Below, in pieces: positions 10,001-19,794 of a stretch of 64,000 bases of DNA. Every line of letters starts with the position of its first letter. Within the stretch, counting starts at the first letter, position 1. The stretch is from assembly GCA_020353515.1 (NCBI GenBank), contig CP070695.1, positions 2,905,231 through 2,969,230 of the forward strand, given 5' to 3'. The position numbers and the translations under genes are program-made. Below the pieces are notes generated by a model. The model was given only the letters and a program-made list of their open reading frames with translations, had not been told where the DNA came from and searched no databases. Origin of the DNA: Candidatus Heimdallarchaeota archaeon (GTDB lineage: Archaea; Asgardarchaeota; Heimdallarchaeia; Hodarchaeales; Hodarchaeaceae).

Positions 10001-12913
10001 CTTCTGATCTCCCACATCCTCCACATAACTCCTCTCTTCTGGGCCTTCCATCATAAGCACATCAAAGAAATACCACCGACTTATTCCGCCTTGAAGAACA
10101 TAATAATCCTCATACCACCAGAACCACCAGAGTTCCTGTCTGCTTTTCCATGACGTGACAGTGAAAACTGAGGGCCAATAGCTTGAATCAGCAAAATGTT
10201 CATTCTCAGACTCGGGATCTGGCTCCACTCCATAAACTGAACTGTCAACAAAAGAGATAGCTAGAACAGTAGAGATTGGATTGCCATTTACATCTGAGAC
10301 TCTTATTGTTACTTTCGCAGTATCACCAGGTTCATAAACAGGACGATCTGAGGTGATTTCAACTTGGATTGTTGAATCAACTTCTATCTTCAAATAAGTA
10401 TCTAGAATTGCTCCGTCGTCTAATATCGCATAAATATAAACATAGAAATAGGGGGCTAGAAATCCGATATTCTCTATGTTAAGAGTAAAACTATTGATAG
10501 GTGATACAATGTCAATAAACTCAGTTGAAGCAATGCCTCTCTTGACGAATTGAACCATCACTGGCGTATTAGTATTTCCATCAAAGTTGCACTGAAGTGT
10601 TATACTTTCATCAATACTATATTTTTCTTTGTCGGAAGACAAAGAAATTTCCTGAGGGGAACCAACGGAAAATTCAAGAGTTGTTGGCGACCGATACATT
10701 ATCCTGGAACCCCACTCATAGCTTACTTCAGTCTCTAGATAGATCCAAAGCCTGTATTTTCCCTTAGGAGCCAGAGAAGAGAGTTTGAAGAATAAAGAAT
10801 CCCCATATTCTGAAATATCTTCCTCTGTTTCAACTAGTAAATCAAAATCTGGATCATAAACTCGAAGTAAGACTGATCCTTCTATCAGTTCGTTTGATGC
10901 TCTGTTTAGGATCTCAACTGACAGTTTTACCTCATCTTCAGGTTCATATGTTGTAGAATCTAAAGAAACTTTCAACAAATTCCGATTAACATTGAATCTG
11001 GTTATATCTGAACCCTTACGACCATCATTACTAATGATTTCAATTAACAAGCAAAAATGAATGAAATCAGCTAGCATTGATTGAGTTAAGTTGAATTCAT
11101 AGCTACCCCGTCCGTAATCATCAATAGAAGAACTGAATGTAGCTAGTGAAGAATTTTCTCCTGAATCGCTTACTCCATAAAGAGTTATATCAACATCGAC
11201 ATTTGTAACTGGTTCCCAATTCCACCACCACGAAGAAGATCCAGTTTTAATTACTTGATAGGCACCAAAATAAACTGTGATAGATTCATCTACATGTGGA
11301 AACCAGGGGTTGATATAAGACCAGACGTAAATGTAGTCAGTAATTTGTACACTATCTGACGTTGGTACCTCACGACCCACTGTATCTGTAACTGTAACAT
11401 TTATTGAAATAGAAGACTCATCATCAAATTCGTCTTCTTCAGGTAATCTTTGTCTAAACTCCCAATAACCATCGCTATCCGTTATTCCTGAAAGAACTTC
11501 AAAATCTCCGATTAACAATTCAATTTGACTATTTGACACAGGACGGCCGAAATAATATTCTGCAGTCACATTTCCAGATAATACATTCCCAGGAGCAACA
11601 TACTCTTGGTCTAGATTTAAAGAAACTCGGAATGCTGGTTTTTCATATTTATCAACTCGTATTTTAATCGAATCATCAGAATCTCCTTTTTCAACATATA
11701 TATAATACTCTCCAAGCTCTGAATCAGGATCTAAAGAAAATGAATAAGAGATAATTCCATGTTCATCAGTTGACATTACTTTTTGAAACAGTATATGTTG
11801 AGATGGCGAAAGGAATTTTACAGTCACCTCTGTTTCAACTGGTTCCTTTAATGCCTTGTAATAATCATTTTTCCATACTAATATTCGTGTATTGATAGTT
11901 TCAGTAGGTAAATAGATTGGTTTGTCAGTTGTAATTATAAATTCATAAGGAGTGAATGTCTCATAATTTCCATTCCAATCCCAAGAATAACCACCACGGT
12001 ATAAATCACGGATAACATAAACAGATTCACCATTGAATGTCGCACTGAGATTTGCTAAAATACTCCATTCGTTTGAAAGTGTTTCTGAAGGGGTAAATTC
12101 TATTTCAACAACTCCCTGATCATCAGTTTGCCATGTTAAGGGATCAATACTTGAATACTCATATTGAGAAGTATTATAATTGTACGAATAACTACCAACA
12201 ACAAGCTCAACGTCAGCAAAAGGAATTGGGGAGAAATCACTCGTATTTAAGACATATGCAATTGAAGCATGGGGTATCCCTGGAACATATTCATAGGGAA
12301 CTCGCCAAAAAAGACCAATACTTGCAACAGTAAATGCTCTATATCTTGTAGTAGACTCAGATTCGGATCGAACTATAATCGAATAGCGACCACTTGTTTC
12401 AGTTGTGAATGATCCTGCCCACTCACCATTGGAGTCTGTAATAATCGTCCCCGAATCAATAATACGCTCTGAACGAGGTTCATAGCTATAATAATAGTAC
12501 CATCCCCAATATTCTCCCTCAATGATTTCCCATGTCAGAGTTTCTCCTGCTGCTGGATTTAATCCTCGCTTTGCTTGGATTGTAAAATCCAGAGGCTCAT
12601 TTGGAGTGGTAATTTGGCTTTCAAGATCTATATTAAGAACTAATCTATCTGAATACGATGAAATTTTTGTTTTAACAGGACTAGACTGCTCATCAATAGA
12701 TAAAGGACTAGGTTGAAAGTCACGAGATTGATAATTTACCTCATAGTCAATGGGTTCAACTTCTTGATCAACCGTAAACATCGAATTATTATTATCAAAA
12801 GCAGTTTTTATATCATTATTCTCTATCAAACCTTCATTATGAATACCTAGGGTTTGATATACGTTTGTAAAAAGAATAAACACAAGAAATAATCCAACTA
12901 TCCTTTTAAACAT
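7070..12913 (-). CDS. Alpha-2-macroglobulin / thioester-containing protein, secreted and C-terminally membrane anchored
   Basis: Signal peptide. MG-domain motifs TDKPIYLP, YEKPAFRV and SDRPVYEPG; post-bait VRDNLPENAFWNP; LPDNIGEW; thioester YPYGCVEQ; QHRDGGWGWW. C-terminal TM helix followed by RRKSV. Confidence 0.92.
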   Translation of the reverse strand: MFKRIVGLFLVFILFTNVYQTLGIHNEGLIENNDIKTAFDNNNSMFTVDQEVEPIDYEVNYQSRDFQPSPLSIDEQSSPVKTKISSYSDRLVLNIDLESQITTPNEPLDFTIQAKRGLNPAAGETLTWEIIEGEYWGWYYYYSYEPRSERIIDSGTIITDSNGEWAGSFTTETSGRYSIIVRSESESTTRYRAFTVASIGLFWRVPYEYVPGIPHASIAYVLNTSDFSPIPFADVELVVGSYSYNYNTSQYEYSSIDPLTWQTDDQGVVEIEFTPSETLSNEWSILANLSATFNGESVYVIRDLYRGGYSWDWNGNYETFTPYEFIITTDKPIYLPTETINTRILVWKNDYYKALKEPVETEVTVKFLSPSQHILFQKVMSTDEHGIISYSFSLDPDSELGEYYIYVEKGDSDDSIKIRVDKYEKPAFRVSLNLDQEYVAPGNVLSGNVTAEYYFGRPVSNSQIELLIGDFEVLSGITDSDGYWEFRQRLPEEDEFDDESSISINVTVTDTVGREVPTSDSVQITDYIYVWSYINPWFPHVDESITVYFGAYQVIKTGSSSWWWNWEPVTNVDVDITLYGVSDSGENSSLATFSSSIDDYGRGSYEFNLTQSMLADFIHFCLLIEIISNDGRKGSDITRFNVNRNLLKVSLDSTTYEPEDEVKLSVEILNRASNELIEGSVLLRVYDPDFDLLVETEEDISEYGDSLFFKLSSLAPKGKYRLWIYLETEVSYEWGSRIMYRSPTTLEFSVGSPQEISLSSDKEKYSIDESITLQCNFDGNTNTPVMVQFVKRGIASTEFIDIVSPINSFTLNIENIGFLAPYFYVYIYAILDDGAILDTYLKIEVDSTIQVEITSDRPVYEPGDTAKVTIRVSDVNGNPISTVLAISFVDSSVYGVEPDPESENEHFADSSYWPSVFTVTSWKSRQELWWFWWYEDYYVLQGGISRWYFFDVLMMEGPEERSYVEDVGDQKSDVSQEEQEKEVRDNLPENAFWNPCVIVDSGLWEMEINLPDNIGEWTVRVVATTETGAGVLEKGTFKTFLPFFVEINKDPYVFQDDVFVIRGIVYNYLDEMVNISLLLDTEEGVLLLGYKQQHLLLPSGFLGSIGWACFAEGSGFFNITLYGSTTVSNGTKFSDAIRKPLDVIPNGVSFEARNSGFVTTNPSFSYEKYEEAVQATEFLQLTLGFGTAAISSWERLVGYPYGCVEQTTSRLIPNALVLQYLAEIGQLDNETEEEIHNMIVSGLSRLYSFQHRDGGWGWWHDDESKVFMTSLAIYCLGLINDAGISIDSGVIEDGLKYLEQHQHSEGYWEPDSWRNIDQTSFTALILRSVLSFKELTDSDAITDAIEYIESAWTDSDKQSTYLVGLYLTSVPGSGYGTSSFTSELLDFLVEETKFSSKGSYWSYATEDNYWWRALGGDVEVTALAIHALVVNDAGPNMHVIQGALEWLLDRQSYYGWGNTADTAAAISSLITVNHELSGSDEDSSVAVYVNDLLQGNYSLSISSQASVYLKLSDILVSGPNQVEFVKYGNGNVSFYFQGSQVLRSLPSIVIPDKVEATPGGDFSVDLSLSPQSSNVFASELSIEPIKGEITPLINLSDSISLLNRKIIISYDYKAPSKIGTYLISGFEITYRLSDLNKEEKSPGIISRRYGPIELEVVEEVEGILFVPTQDSSPPRFSENTDKILQEGLILERGYSKSTSYQKGDLVIVTLSITNTEQVENFIMLEDTVPSGFDLDVNTIVHPDATYEITSSGVAFFFPELAMGTTEVSYGIIAMDVRQSLVPPAQLSSMYHDWVIHSTSKVLGATRIPIDPSTGSVIKDMEFPIIQSLKLEEGVYDNRAVLNVEVNAVDNWGISSVRVFVEQESWGIYECVKTDDTWTVKISKLHDGQSRAFVEVIDLAGNTKVGDTTEKYLELDSLVVPVFPIITLLIVAIVSATIASVAVRRKSV

Positions 12914-13067
12914 GCAATCATCTCAAATTATTCAATTATGTGAAGAATTGACCTCATCAAATAATTACAACAACTGCAATAAGATACCAAGCATTAGAAC
13001 AGAAATTAGCTAAGTGTTCGAATTTTTAGAATAGGTCTTAAATTCTCCAATTAGGTTTGATATCTGA

Positions 13068-15647
13068 TTAATTAAAAAAAACGGTTAATGGGATAATAAG
13101 TGCACCTTGTTGTGCTTCACTCTCCCTTATCTGAATTCCAAAACGGCTACTAGCTCCCAGGATTTCCCTCACGTAATGCATCCGATCAATGAATTTCTGT
13201 CCATTACGAAACACATCTGGATGATAAGCCCTAAGGTATTGAGGTACATTGTGAGAGCCTTTACCAATAATATAGGGAAATCCGTCCCACTTTTTCCATT
13301 CTACTTCGGGATTCAAACCCATTTCGTTACAATAATGTAAAAAAGCGCCTACTGAAGGTGTTTTAGAACGATATTTGGTGGGTGACCGCCGTAATGGTCC
13401 ACGTATTGTCAAATCTGGTAATAATTGTGAAACCTGACCTCTAAGAATGTTTCGACAAATGTTAAAAATAACTCTACGAGCATTTTCTCTCCGATTAATC
13501 GATTTATCGGTTAGGAGTGTCGTAAGGAGCTCTCTCTGAGCTTTTCTAGCTAAGGGGGACCAATCAGACCTAACAGCTTCAAAACCTCGGATTATTATAC
13601 TGTTGGTTAACATGCTAACATATGCATATGCCTTTTTTCGCCCTTTTTTCAATATAATCCGTGAAGCTATGTCCTCAAGTTGGAGTTCTAGAAATTCTGG
13701 AAGTTTCTCGGATAAAAATGATCGATAATCATCAATGACTTTCAAAAGTTGTTTTCTTTCTTGAGATCTTGTTAAATGAGACCTTTGGTTTGATAGCACA
13801 AATTCGATGAAAATTGAATCAGTATCACCATATCGAAGAAAAACATCGTAAGGATGATCCTCTGAAAACTCATTTGTCCAAAGTTCAAGCTTGTCGCGTA
13901 ATAATTCGCGCGCTATAGCTGTAATAGAATTCGCTATTATATGATGGTAGAATCTTCCTCGTGGATAATTTGATGCACCCAAAAGAGAATTTGCCATCAA
14001 CTTTAAGGATCGCTGTCTCTTTTCAAGTATATCCAAGCGTTTTTGGATCTTTGCTTCGTTAGATTGGTCTTTAGTATTCCTTATTTCTTCTTGTGTCTGA
14101 TATCGCTGTTTAAGAATTCGATCCATTAACTCGGCAAGCGCACCACGAAGCTCTTTTTTGAACCTTTGATCAGAGGGGAATGATTCTGAATTGGGGATCA
14201 ATGTTTCACCTGAAATATTATGTGTCCGTACGATATTCGGATACAATGATCTGAAATCTAAGATCGCTACTGATGAAGCCTCATCAACTTTGGGATCCAA
14301 CACCCACCCTCCTAAATGGGGGTATTTTCGAGAAAATTCATTCCTTCTTTTCAATTCAGCTTTACTTGGTTTTGAGGGAATAAGTATGTCTCTCGAACAA
14401 AGGATTCTCATTAATTCAAGCTCCCCAATATTTCGACTTGTAGAAAGAATCCCTTCAGGTAACGGGTAACCAGATAATCGACATAATTCTATGGAATTTG
14501 ATACTCCTAACTCGGTAGCTAAACGAAATGTAAGGATCGCATCTTTCAAAGAATAATCATAAAATAGTTGTGCATCGTTTTCTGATCCTTGAATCCCATT
14601 CCGCCATAATTCTCCAAGACTTTTTGTCAGTTTAACTTTCGTCTCTCCTAAAACCTCCTCAGCCACGGAATCTAATGTTTTTTGTCCGCTGATTGGGTGT
14701 ATTCCCCATGTCTTTGGTAATAAGTCTACTACCGCTCGTCCTTTCAAACGGTAACTTTCAACAGGAATTTTTGATTTGATTATTTCTTTCTGTAATCCCT
14801 TGAATAATGCTAGCTCACCCAAGGATTTTCCATATCTTGATAATCGGGCAGTCAGATAAGGGATGTCAAAAAATGTTCCATTAAATGAAAGTAGAATATC
14901 TGGTTTTAATACCTTAATAGTATTTAAAAACTCATTTAATAACGTTATTTCTGCCTGGTCAGTATTATTTTCAAGAATAATTACTTTGGAGTCAGGGTTA
15001 TCAGTTTCCACCGTCCCCCAAGCCATTGAGATAGCTGTGATCCTTCTTTTCTTTTCGAGTAATAGTTCGTGAATCGTTTCTCCTTCTTTATAATCAACCT
15101 CAATATCAAAGGCGAGAAGTGACGGTTGATAATCACCTAACACCTCAGGTTTCTGTGATAGATCTGTGTATAAAGCTTCTATTATTAAAGCATCTTCTTC
15201 TTGCTTGAGAATTGTCCCTGTTACAGTAATACGATGCAATGCCCGTAATCCTCTATCAATGAGAAAACGACGGGTAAATGGAATATCAGCTTCATGAACT
15301 TCGATTCCAGCTTGTTGAATGAGGTTTCTGACCTCTGGAACACGATACGGAACATTTCCAATTAATTTTGTTACTCTCCGAGGGAACCCTCCAAAATAAG
15401 TGCGTTTCTTACAAGGTGTTGCCTGAAATAACCAATTCTTAATGTAATCACTCCCCCTTGCTAATATTGTCTCTATCGCATCCTCTCCAGCTTCTGCGTA
15501 AAAATAGGGGAGATAACCACTGACCCGAACTTCAACTCGCCTGCTGTTAGACCGACCCCAGAGACGAAGAAGAGGTCTTTCAATTCCTTCTTGAATTTGG
15601 ATCTCATAATCCGCATCTAGAAGGACAAACTCAAAAGATGATCCCAC
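13068..15647 (-). CDS. polB: Family B DNA polymerase (archaeal type)
   Basis: ExoI FDIEV, ExoII FNGTFFDIPY, ExoIII YSLKD. Pol motif A DFRSLYP, motif B KLMANS, motif C YGDTDS. Uracil-pocket motifs PYFY, VPEVR and EADIPF. PIP-like C-terminus PLTVFF. Confidence 0.95.
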   Translation of the reverse strand: MGSSFEFVLLDADYEIQIQEGIERPLLRLWGRSNSRRVEVRVSGYLPYFYAEAGEDAIETILARGSDYIKNWLFQATPCKKRTYFGGFPRRVTKLIGNVPYRVPEVRNLIQQAGIEVHEADIPFTRRFLIDRGLRALHRITVTGTILKQEEDALIIEALYTDLSQKPEVLGDYQPSLLAFDIEVDYKEGETIHELLLEKKRRITAISMAWGTVETDNPDSKVIILENNTDQAEITLLNEFLNTIKVLKPDILLSFNGTFFDIPYLTARLSRYGKSLGELALFKGLQKEIIKSKIPVESYRLKGRAVVDLLPKTWGIHPISGQKTLDSVAEEVLGETKVKLTKSLGELWRNGIQGSENDAQLFYDYSLKDAILTFRLATELGVSNSIELCRLSGYPLPEGILSTSRNIGELELMRILCSRDILIPSKPSKAELKRRNEFSRKYPHLGGWVLDPKVDEASSVAILDFRSLYPNIVRTHNISGETLIPNSESFPSDQRFKKELRGALAELMDRILKQRYQTQEEIRNTKDQSNEAKIQKRLDILEKRQRSLKLMANSLLGASNYPRGRFYHHIIANSITAIARELLRDKLELWTNEFSEDHPYDVFLRYGDTDSIFIEFVLSNQRSHLTRSQERKQLLKVIDDYRSFLSEKLPEFLELQLEDIASRIILKKGRKKAYAYVSMLTNSIIIRGFEAVRSDWSPLARKAQRELLTTLLTDKSINRRENARRVIFNICRNILRGQVSQLLPDLTIRGPLRRSPTKYRSKTPSVGAFLHYCNEMGLNPEVEWKKWDGFPYIIGKGSHNVPQYLRAYHPDVFRNGQKFIDRMHYVREILGASSRFGIQIRESEAQQGALIIPLTVFFN

Positions 15648-15700
15648 TGCTTTTTACACCAAGAAAAGTTAAATTTTGGTTAACTTCTGTGATTAAACCT

Positions 15701-17653
15701 TTAAGTTTTATACTTGATGGCAAGAAAATTGATCACTTCTGCTGCATCTTCAGCAGAGTCAGCAGCTTGCTCAATCATGTTAATCACATCTTTAATAGCG
15801 TACCATGTCCCATAATGCATTTCTCGAGAAGAAATGAAAAGATGCTGATTCATTATTTGATACAATAAGTCGAGATCAGTTTCACGGTCTCTAACTGTGT
15901 GATAAACCCCTGCAACAGCGTCTAACTTGATTTCAAGTACTTGGAGAACATCAACTGTTGTTCTAACTAATGCTCGCAAAGCAATTGCAGCATCATGTAA
16001 CTTTTCTTGAATTAATGGAGGTACTTCCTCAATTGGGATCGTTTGAATGCGAAATAATGCTCCTAAAGTCAATCCTGCGACCCGATCTAAACGTCTGGCG
16101 ATTCGCAAGAAGTTATTTGCATCAGGTGTTTTATACAAACTTCGATAAGTCTGGACAACAATTTCCTCAAGTTGACTGTCAGCTTGGAGTTCTAGATCTT
16201 TTGCTCGTAAGGAATATCTTGCCGACCTTTCCTGAAAATTTGCTGTTTCCATCGCTTCTTGCTCAAGATAAACCAACAAGCCCTTTGTCGCATGGATAAC
16301 AGATTTTTCTACAAGCTGAGCATGATCCAAAGTTGTTTGAAACTGAGCCCAACCCGGCCGTGTTTCTCGAACTATGACTAAACTGATCGCGCCAAGTAGT
16401 AACAACAAACCTGCCGTGTGTAAAGGCACACGTAATACTAAATCTAATCGTTCTTGATTTGAGTTGTACCAAAGCTGGGCAATAAAACAAGCTACCATTG
16501 GTCCAGTGAAGTAACCTAGATCTTTGATTGCACGATAGAAACCAATAACTTTTGGTTTTTGGTCTTCAGGAGCGATATCAACTGAAATTGAAGGTAATAC
16601 AGGATAATAAAGGCCTACACCAATCCCACCTAAGGCTGAAAGAATGAATAACACTAGAAAGGGGGCATCTCCCGCCTGCAAACCGAAAATTGCCACTGCC
16701 TCCACAACCAAACCTAGAGAAGTTGGAACCTTTCTACCAATTTTATCGCTAATATTTCCCGCCAAAGGCATTACGAGTGCCCAAGATAAAGTGAAAACTC
16801 CTGTGATTAATCCGGTTTCTCTAATCGAAAACTCATAACCATACATGGTACTACTAAGCATTAGAGGGAGGAACAGTACAATGATACCATCTACCATTTT
16901 ACTGATGTGGCCATTAAGGCAGGTCAAGATTACAGTTGGCCTTATAATGAGATTTCGAAACTTGGGGGTAGTTTTGGTTTCAATAGGAGTACGAAGCTTT
17001 TCTAGTTCTTCTTGAGTCCCCGACTTGACAGTTGACCTTACAGCAATAAATGCTATAATTAATCCGAGGGAGGAAACAATTGCTGAAAACGTAAATGCTT
17101 CAGCTGCTTCCGTTATCATAGTTATCCAGCCAGCCATCACTGCTCCAAATGAATAACCTCCATAGACTGCTAGCTCCATAACACCCATCCATTGAGCACG
17201 TCGGGCGGCAGTACTTATATCAGAGAGATAAGTCATAGCACCTGCGTAAAGAAGTCCTTCACCAGCACCTAAGATTGAATTTCCAATCCCTAATAACAAA
17301 GGGTCTCCGTCTGAGAACAAAAGAGGAATAGCTCCGACTACAAAACACCCAGCACCTAAGAGAATCATAATTTTTGTACCAATTCTCTGCGTATACACTC
17401 CAGTAAAAAGACCAGCAATAGCTTTAAACAATCCAAACCCCGCGATAGTAAACGCAATAGATATCCAAGCCCAATTTGTAAACCATCTCGAAAATTCAAG
17501 TCGATCTTCTGCAAATGTTGATAGAATGGTGCGTTGAACTCCATACGCCGAAGCAATGAAAAATAAGACACTTAATATTCCTAGAATTAGTATAATTCGG
17601 TTTAATCCTTTCTCCTCCACTTTTTTTTCCTCTAGATTCTCATCATTTGCCAC
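15701..17653 (-). CDS. MFS transporter fused to a C-terminal DUF47/PhoU-like domain
   Basis: About 12 TM helices with motif A (GNISDKIGRK). C-terminal ~215 aa helical repeat 'LELQADSQ...LDRVAG...RETDLD...IEQAADSAEDAAE' is typical of DUF47. Confidence 0.8.
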   Translation of the reverse strand: MANDENLEEKKVEEKGLNRIILILGILSVLFFIASAYGVQRTILSTFAEDRLEFSRWFTNWAWISIAFTIAGFGLFKAIAGLFTGVYTQRIGTKIMILLGAGCFVVGAIPLLFSDGDPLLLGIGNSILGAGEGLLYAGAMTYLSDISTAARRAQWMGVMELAVYGGYSFGAVMAGWITMITEAAEAFTFSAIVSSLGLIIAFIAVRSTVKSGTQEELEKLRTPIETKTTPKFRNLIIRPTVILTCLNGHISKMVDGIIVLFLPLMLSSTMYGYEFSIRETGLITGVFTLSWALVMPLAGNISDKIGRKVPTSLGLVVEAVAIFGLQAGDAPFLVLFILSALGGIGVGLYYPVLPSISVDIAPEDQKPKVIGFYRAIKDLGYFTGPMVACFIAQLWYNSNQERLDLVLRVPLHTAGLLLLLGAISLVIVRETRPGWAQFQTTLDHAQLVEKSVIHATKGLLVYLEQEAMETANFQERSARYSLRAKDLELQADSQLEEIVVQTYRSLYKTPDANNFLRIARRLDRVAGLTLGALFRIQTIPIEEVPPLIQEKLHDAAIALRALVRTTVDVLQVLEIKLDAVAGVYHTVRDRETDLDLLYQIMNQHLFISSREMHYGTWYAIKDVINMIEQAADSAEDAAEVINFLAIKYKT

Positions 17654-17959
17654 TAGAAGAGTCTCCCTAATGATAGGTTTGACTAATTTTTCTGAGCATA
17701 CTTAACTCTTTTTATTTATACATCTTCTCTGAATTTTATTTTTACTCGAAAGCTTTCTGTAGAGTATCTGTTCTTGGATCGTATGGATGAAAGAGGAATC
17801 AATTATTTTTTGTGGAGAGAAAAATTATGACTTCAAGAGGCTATTGTTGTTTAAACTCTAATCCCTCAATCTAATTGTGAGGGGATAAAATCAATCTCAT
17901 GATAGACAAAAAGAAAGGAGAAGAGAAGAAAACTCCTCAATGAAGAATCTCTTGTTTTT

Positions 17960-18985
17960 TTAGGAGGCTTTTGACTGTTCTTTTATTCTCTCTGTTGAAT
18001 ATTTTCCTCGAGAAATGATATCCATAAAGCGGACAATGATAAACATTTCAAGGACTCCAACGCCTATCCCTACGGTGAACAGAATTAACAGAATAAAACT
18101 ATATAATTGTTCCTCGGGAATCTTTCCAGACATTATCACTATTAATCCTGATAAGAAGGTCAATATTCCAAGGAGATAGATATATAAGAGCAATTTTTTG
18201 TGATAACTAACACTGTAATCTCCCAATCTTGAATCTCCTATTATAAAACCGCTAATCACACGATTAAAACGCAAATAGGCATTATTGATTGTATTGAAGC
18301 CTTTTCGGGGAGTAGTCCGTAGAACTCTAAAAATTCTTGAGAAAATGGAAACAACACTTACTACAATTCCAGTTTCAGATATCACAATAAATATGATTAC
18401 GAGAACGAACATAACTGCTACAATGCCTATAAAAAGCATCAAAGGGTCTTGAATGATGTCAGCTATTATATCGAAAATAAAACCTATGATGTCAAGGATA
18501 CCAAAACGATCGTATTGTAAGCTACCATCAGGATTATACACATCATATCCAATTATACGTAAAATAATTTCCAATATAGACCATTCTGGATACGTCGCAA
18601 AGAAGAAAGTCCATAAGCTATCTAACAAGGAACCAATGTCAATATTCTTAAAAAAATCTCCAAGTTTCAACAAATTTTCATTGATGATATAACCTATGGC
18701 GATTAGAAAGACACCAGAAAATACCCCTGAGATTATGAAAAAACCTGGTATGCTTTCCATAAAAGCGCGTTCATCAGGATTCAATGGATTGTCAGTAGCT
18801 TTAACTCGAATGAACCGTATAGACCGTCCAATGACACGGGAAATCCAAACATAAGGCCAAAAAATAATTTTAAGGATTCCTACTATGAAACCCCAAATTC
18901 CTGAAAAAATGGCCCTAATATCCTCCTTTCCAAAACCATCACTTAAATCAAAACTATACTTCCCTTTTTTTGTTTCTTCTGTCAA
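17960..18985 (-). CDS. Multi-pass membrane protein of unknown function
   Basis: 341 aa with several hydrophobic segments; TTG start preceded by GAGGT. Confidence 0.7.
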   Translation of the reverse strand: MTEETKKGKYSFDLSDGFGKEDIRAIFSGIWGFIVGILKIIFWPYVWISRVIGRSIRFIRVKATDNPLNPDERAFMESIPGFFIISGVFSGVFLIAIGYIINENLLKLGDFFKNIDIGSLLDSLWTFFFATYPEWSILEIILRIIGYDVYNPDGSLQYDRFGILDIIGFIFDIIADIIQDPLMLFIGIVAVMFVLVIIFIVISETGIVVSVVSIFSRIFRVLRTTPRKGFNTINNAYLRFNRVISGFIIGDSRLGDYSVSYHKKLLLYIYLLGILTFLSGLIVIMSGKIPEEQLYSFILLILFTVGIGVGVLEMFIIVRFMDIISRGKYSTERIKEQSKAS

Positions 18986-19217
18986 TTAAATAACCTCACT
19001 ATTGAATTAAAGAGTTTTCCATGCCTCTAGATAATATTTTTCAGAGCTTTTAATGAAGTGATAAGATAGCTAATCTCTCTTCTGATAAATTTTTATATTT
19101 TTTTATATTTTCAACAAATCATTTGAAATAACATGATTATGTTTTTTTATAATTCCGTAACTATACCTTTTTTTGAAAAATAAACTTTATTTTAAGGAAA
19201 TCAGAGGTAATTAAGAT

Positions 19218-19748
19218 ATGTCAGAAATTAATCTTCTTTCATCCTTATCAAATGATCAACAAATTGAAATACTACGTAAAAATTGGATGTCACACGATGC
19301 AAGATGGCAATACGTAACATTTCAAGAATTGGGAATTGAAAAGGGGAATAAACTTAATCAAGATGTTAGCCATCAAATGGGTAAAGTTATAACGTACCGG
19401 TTACTGAATGCGTTGGGAATTTCACAGGTAAATACCATTAAAGAGATGCAAACCATTTTTCATACCATTATGGAATTATGTTACCCAGCGCCAAGATTCA
19501 TATATCATTTTGAACAGAAATCTGACTCATCTCTTCTTGCAGTAATGGAGTACTGTACTATTTATGAAAATGTGAAGAAAGCAGGTATCGCAGACCAATA
19601 TGAATGTGCTTGTAGTGCAATGCATTTAGGTTGGTGTGAAGCAATGAAAATTGATGCAGAAGAAAAAATTACTAGGAGCCTAAAAAAGGGAGATGATTTT
19701 TGCGAATTTATCTTCAAAGTCAATAAATTCAACATTACTGAAGACTAG
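19218..19748 (+). CDS. DUF6125 / ATC-hydrolase (V4R-like) family protein
   Basis: KNWMSHDARW motif and V4R-like Cys pattern (YCTIY, ECAC, DDFCEF); GAGGT SD upstream. Confidence 0.65.
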   Translation: MSEINLLSSLSNDQQIEILRKNWMSHDARWQYVTFQELGIEKGNKLNQDVSHQMGKVITYRLLNALGISQVNTIKEMQTIFHTIMELCYPAPRFIYHFEQKSDSSLLAVMEYCTIYENVKKAGIADQYECACSAMHLGWCEAMKIDAEEKITRSLKKGDDFCEFIFKVNKFNITED

Positions 19749-19794
19749 ATAAAGTTTGAACTGAATTCAGACATCACGACTCATGATATCTGGA

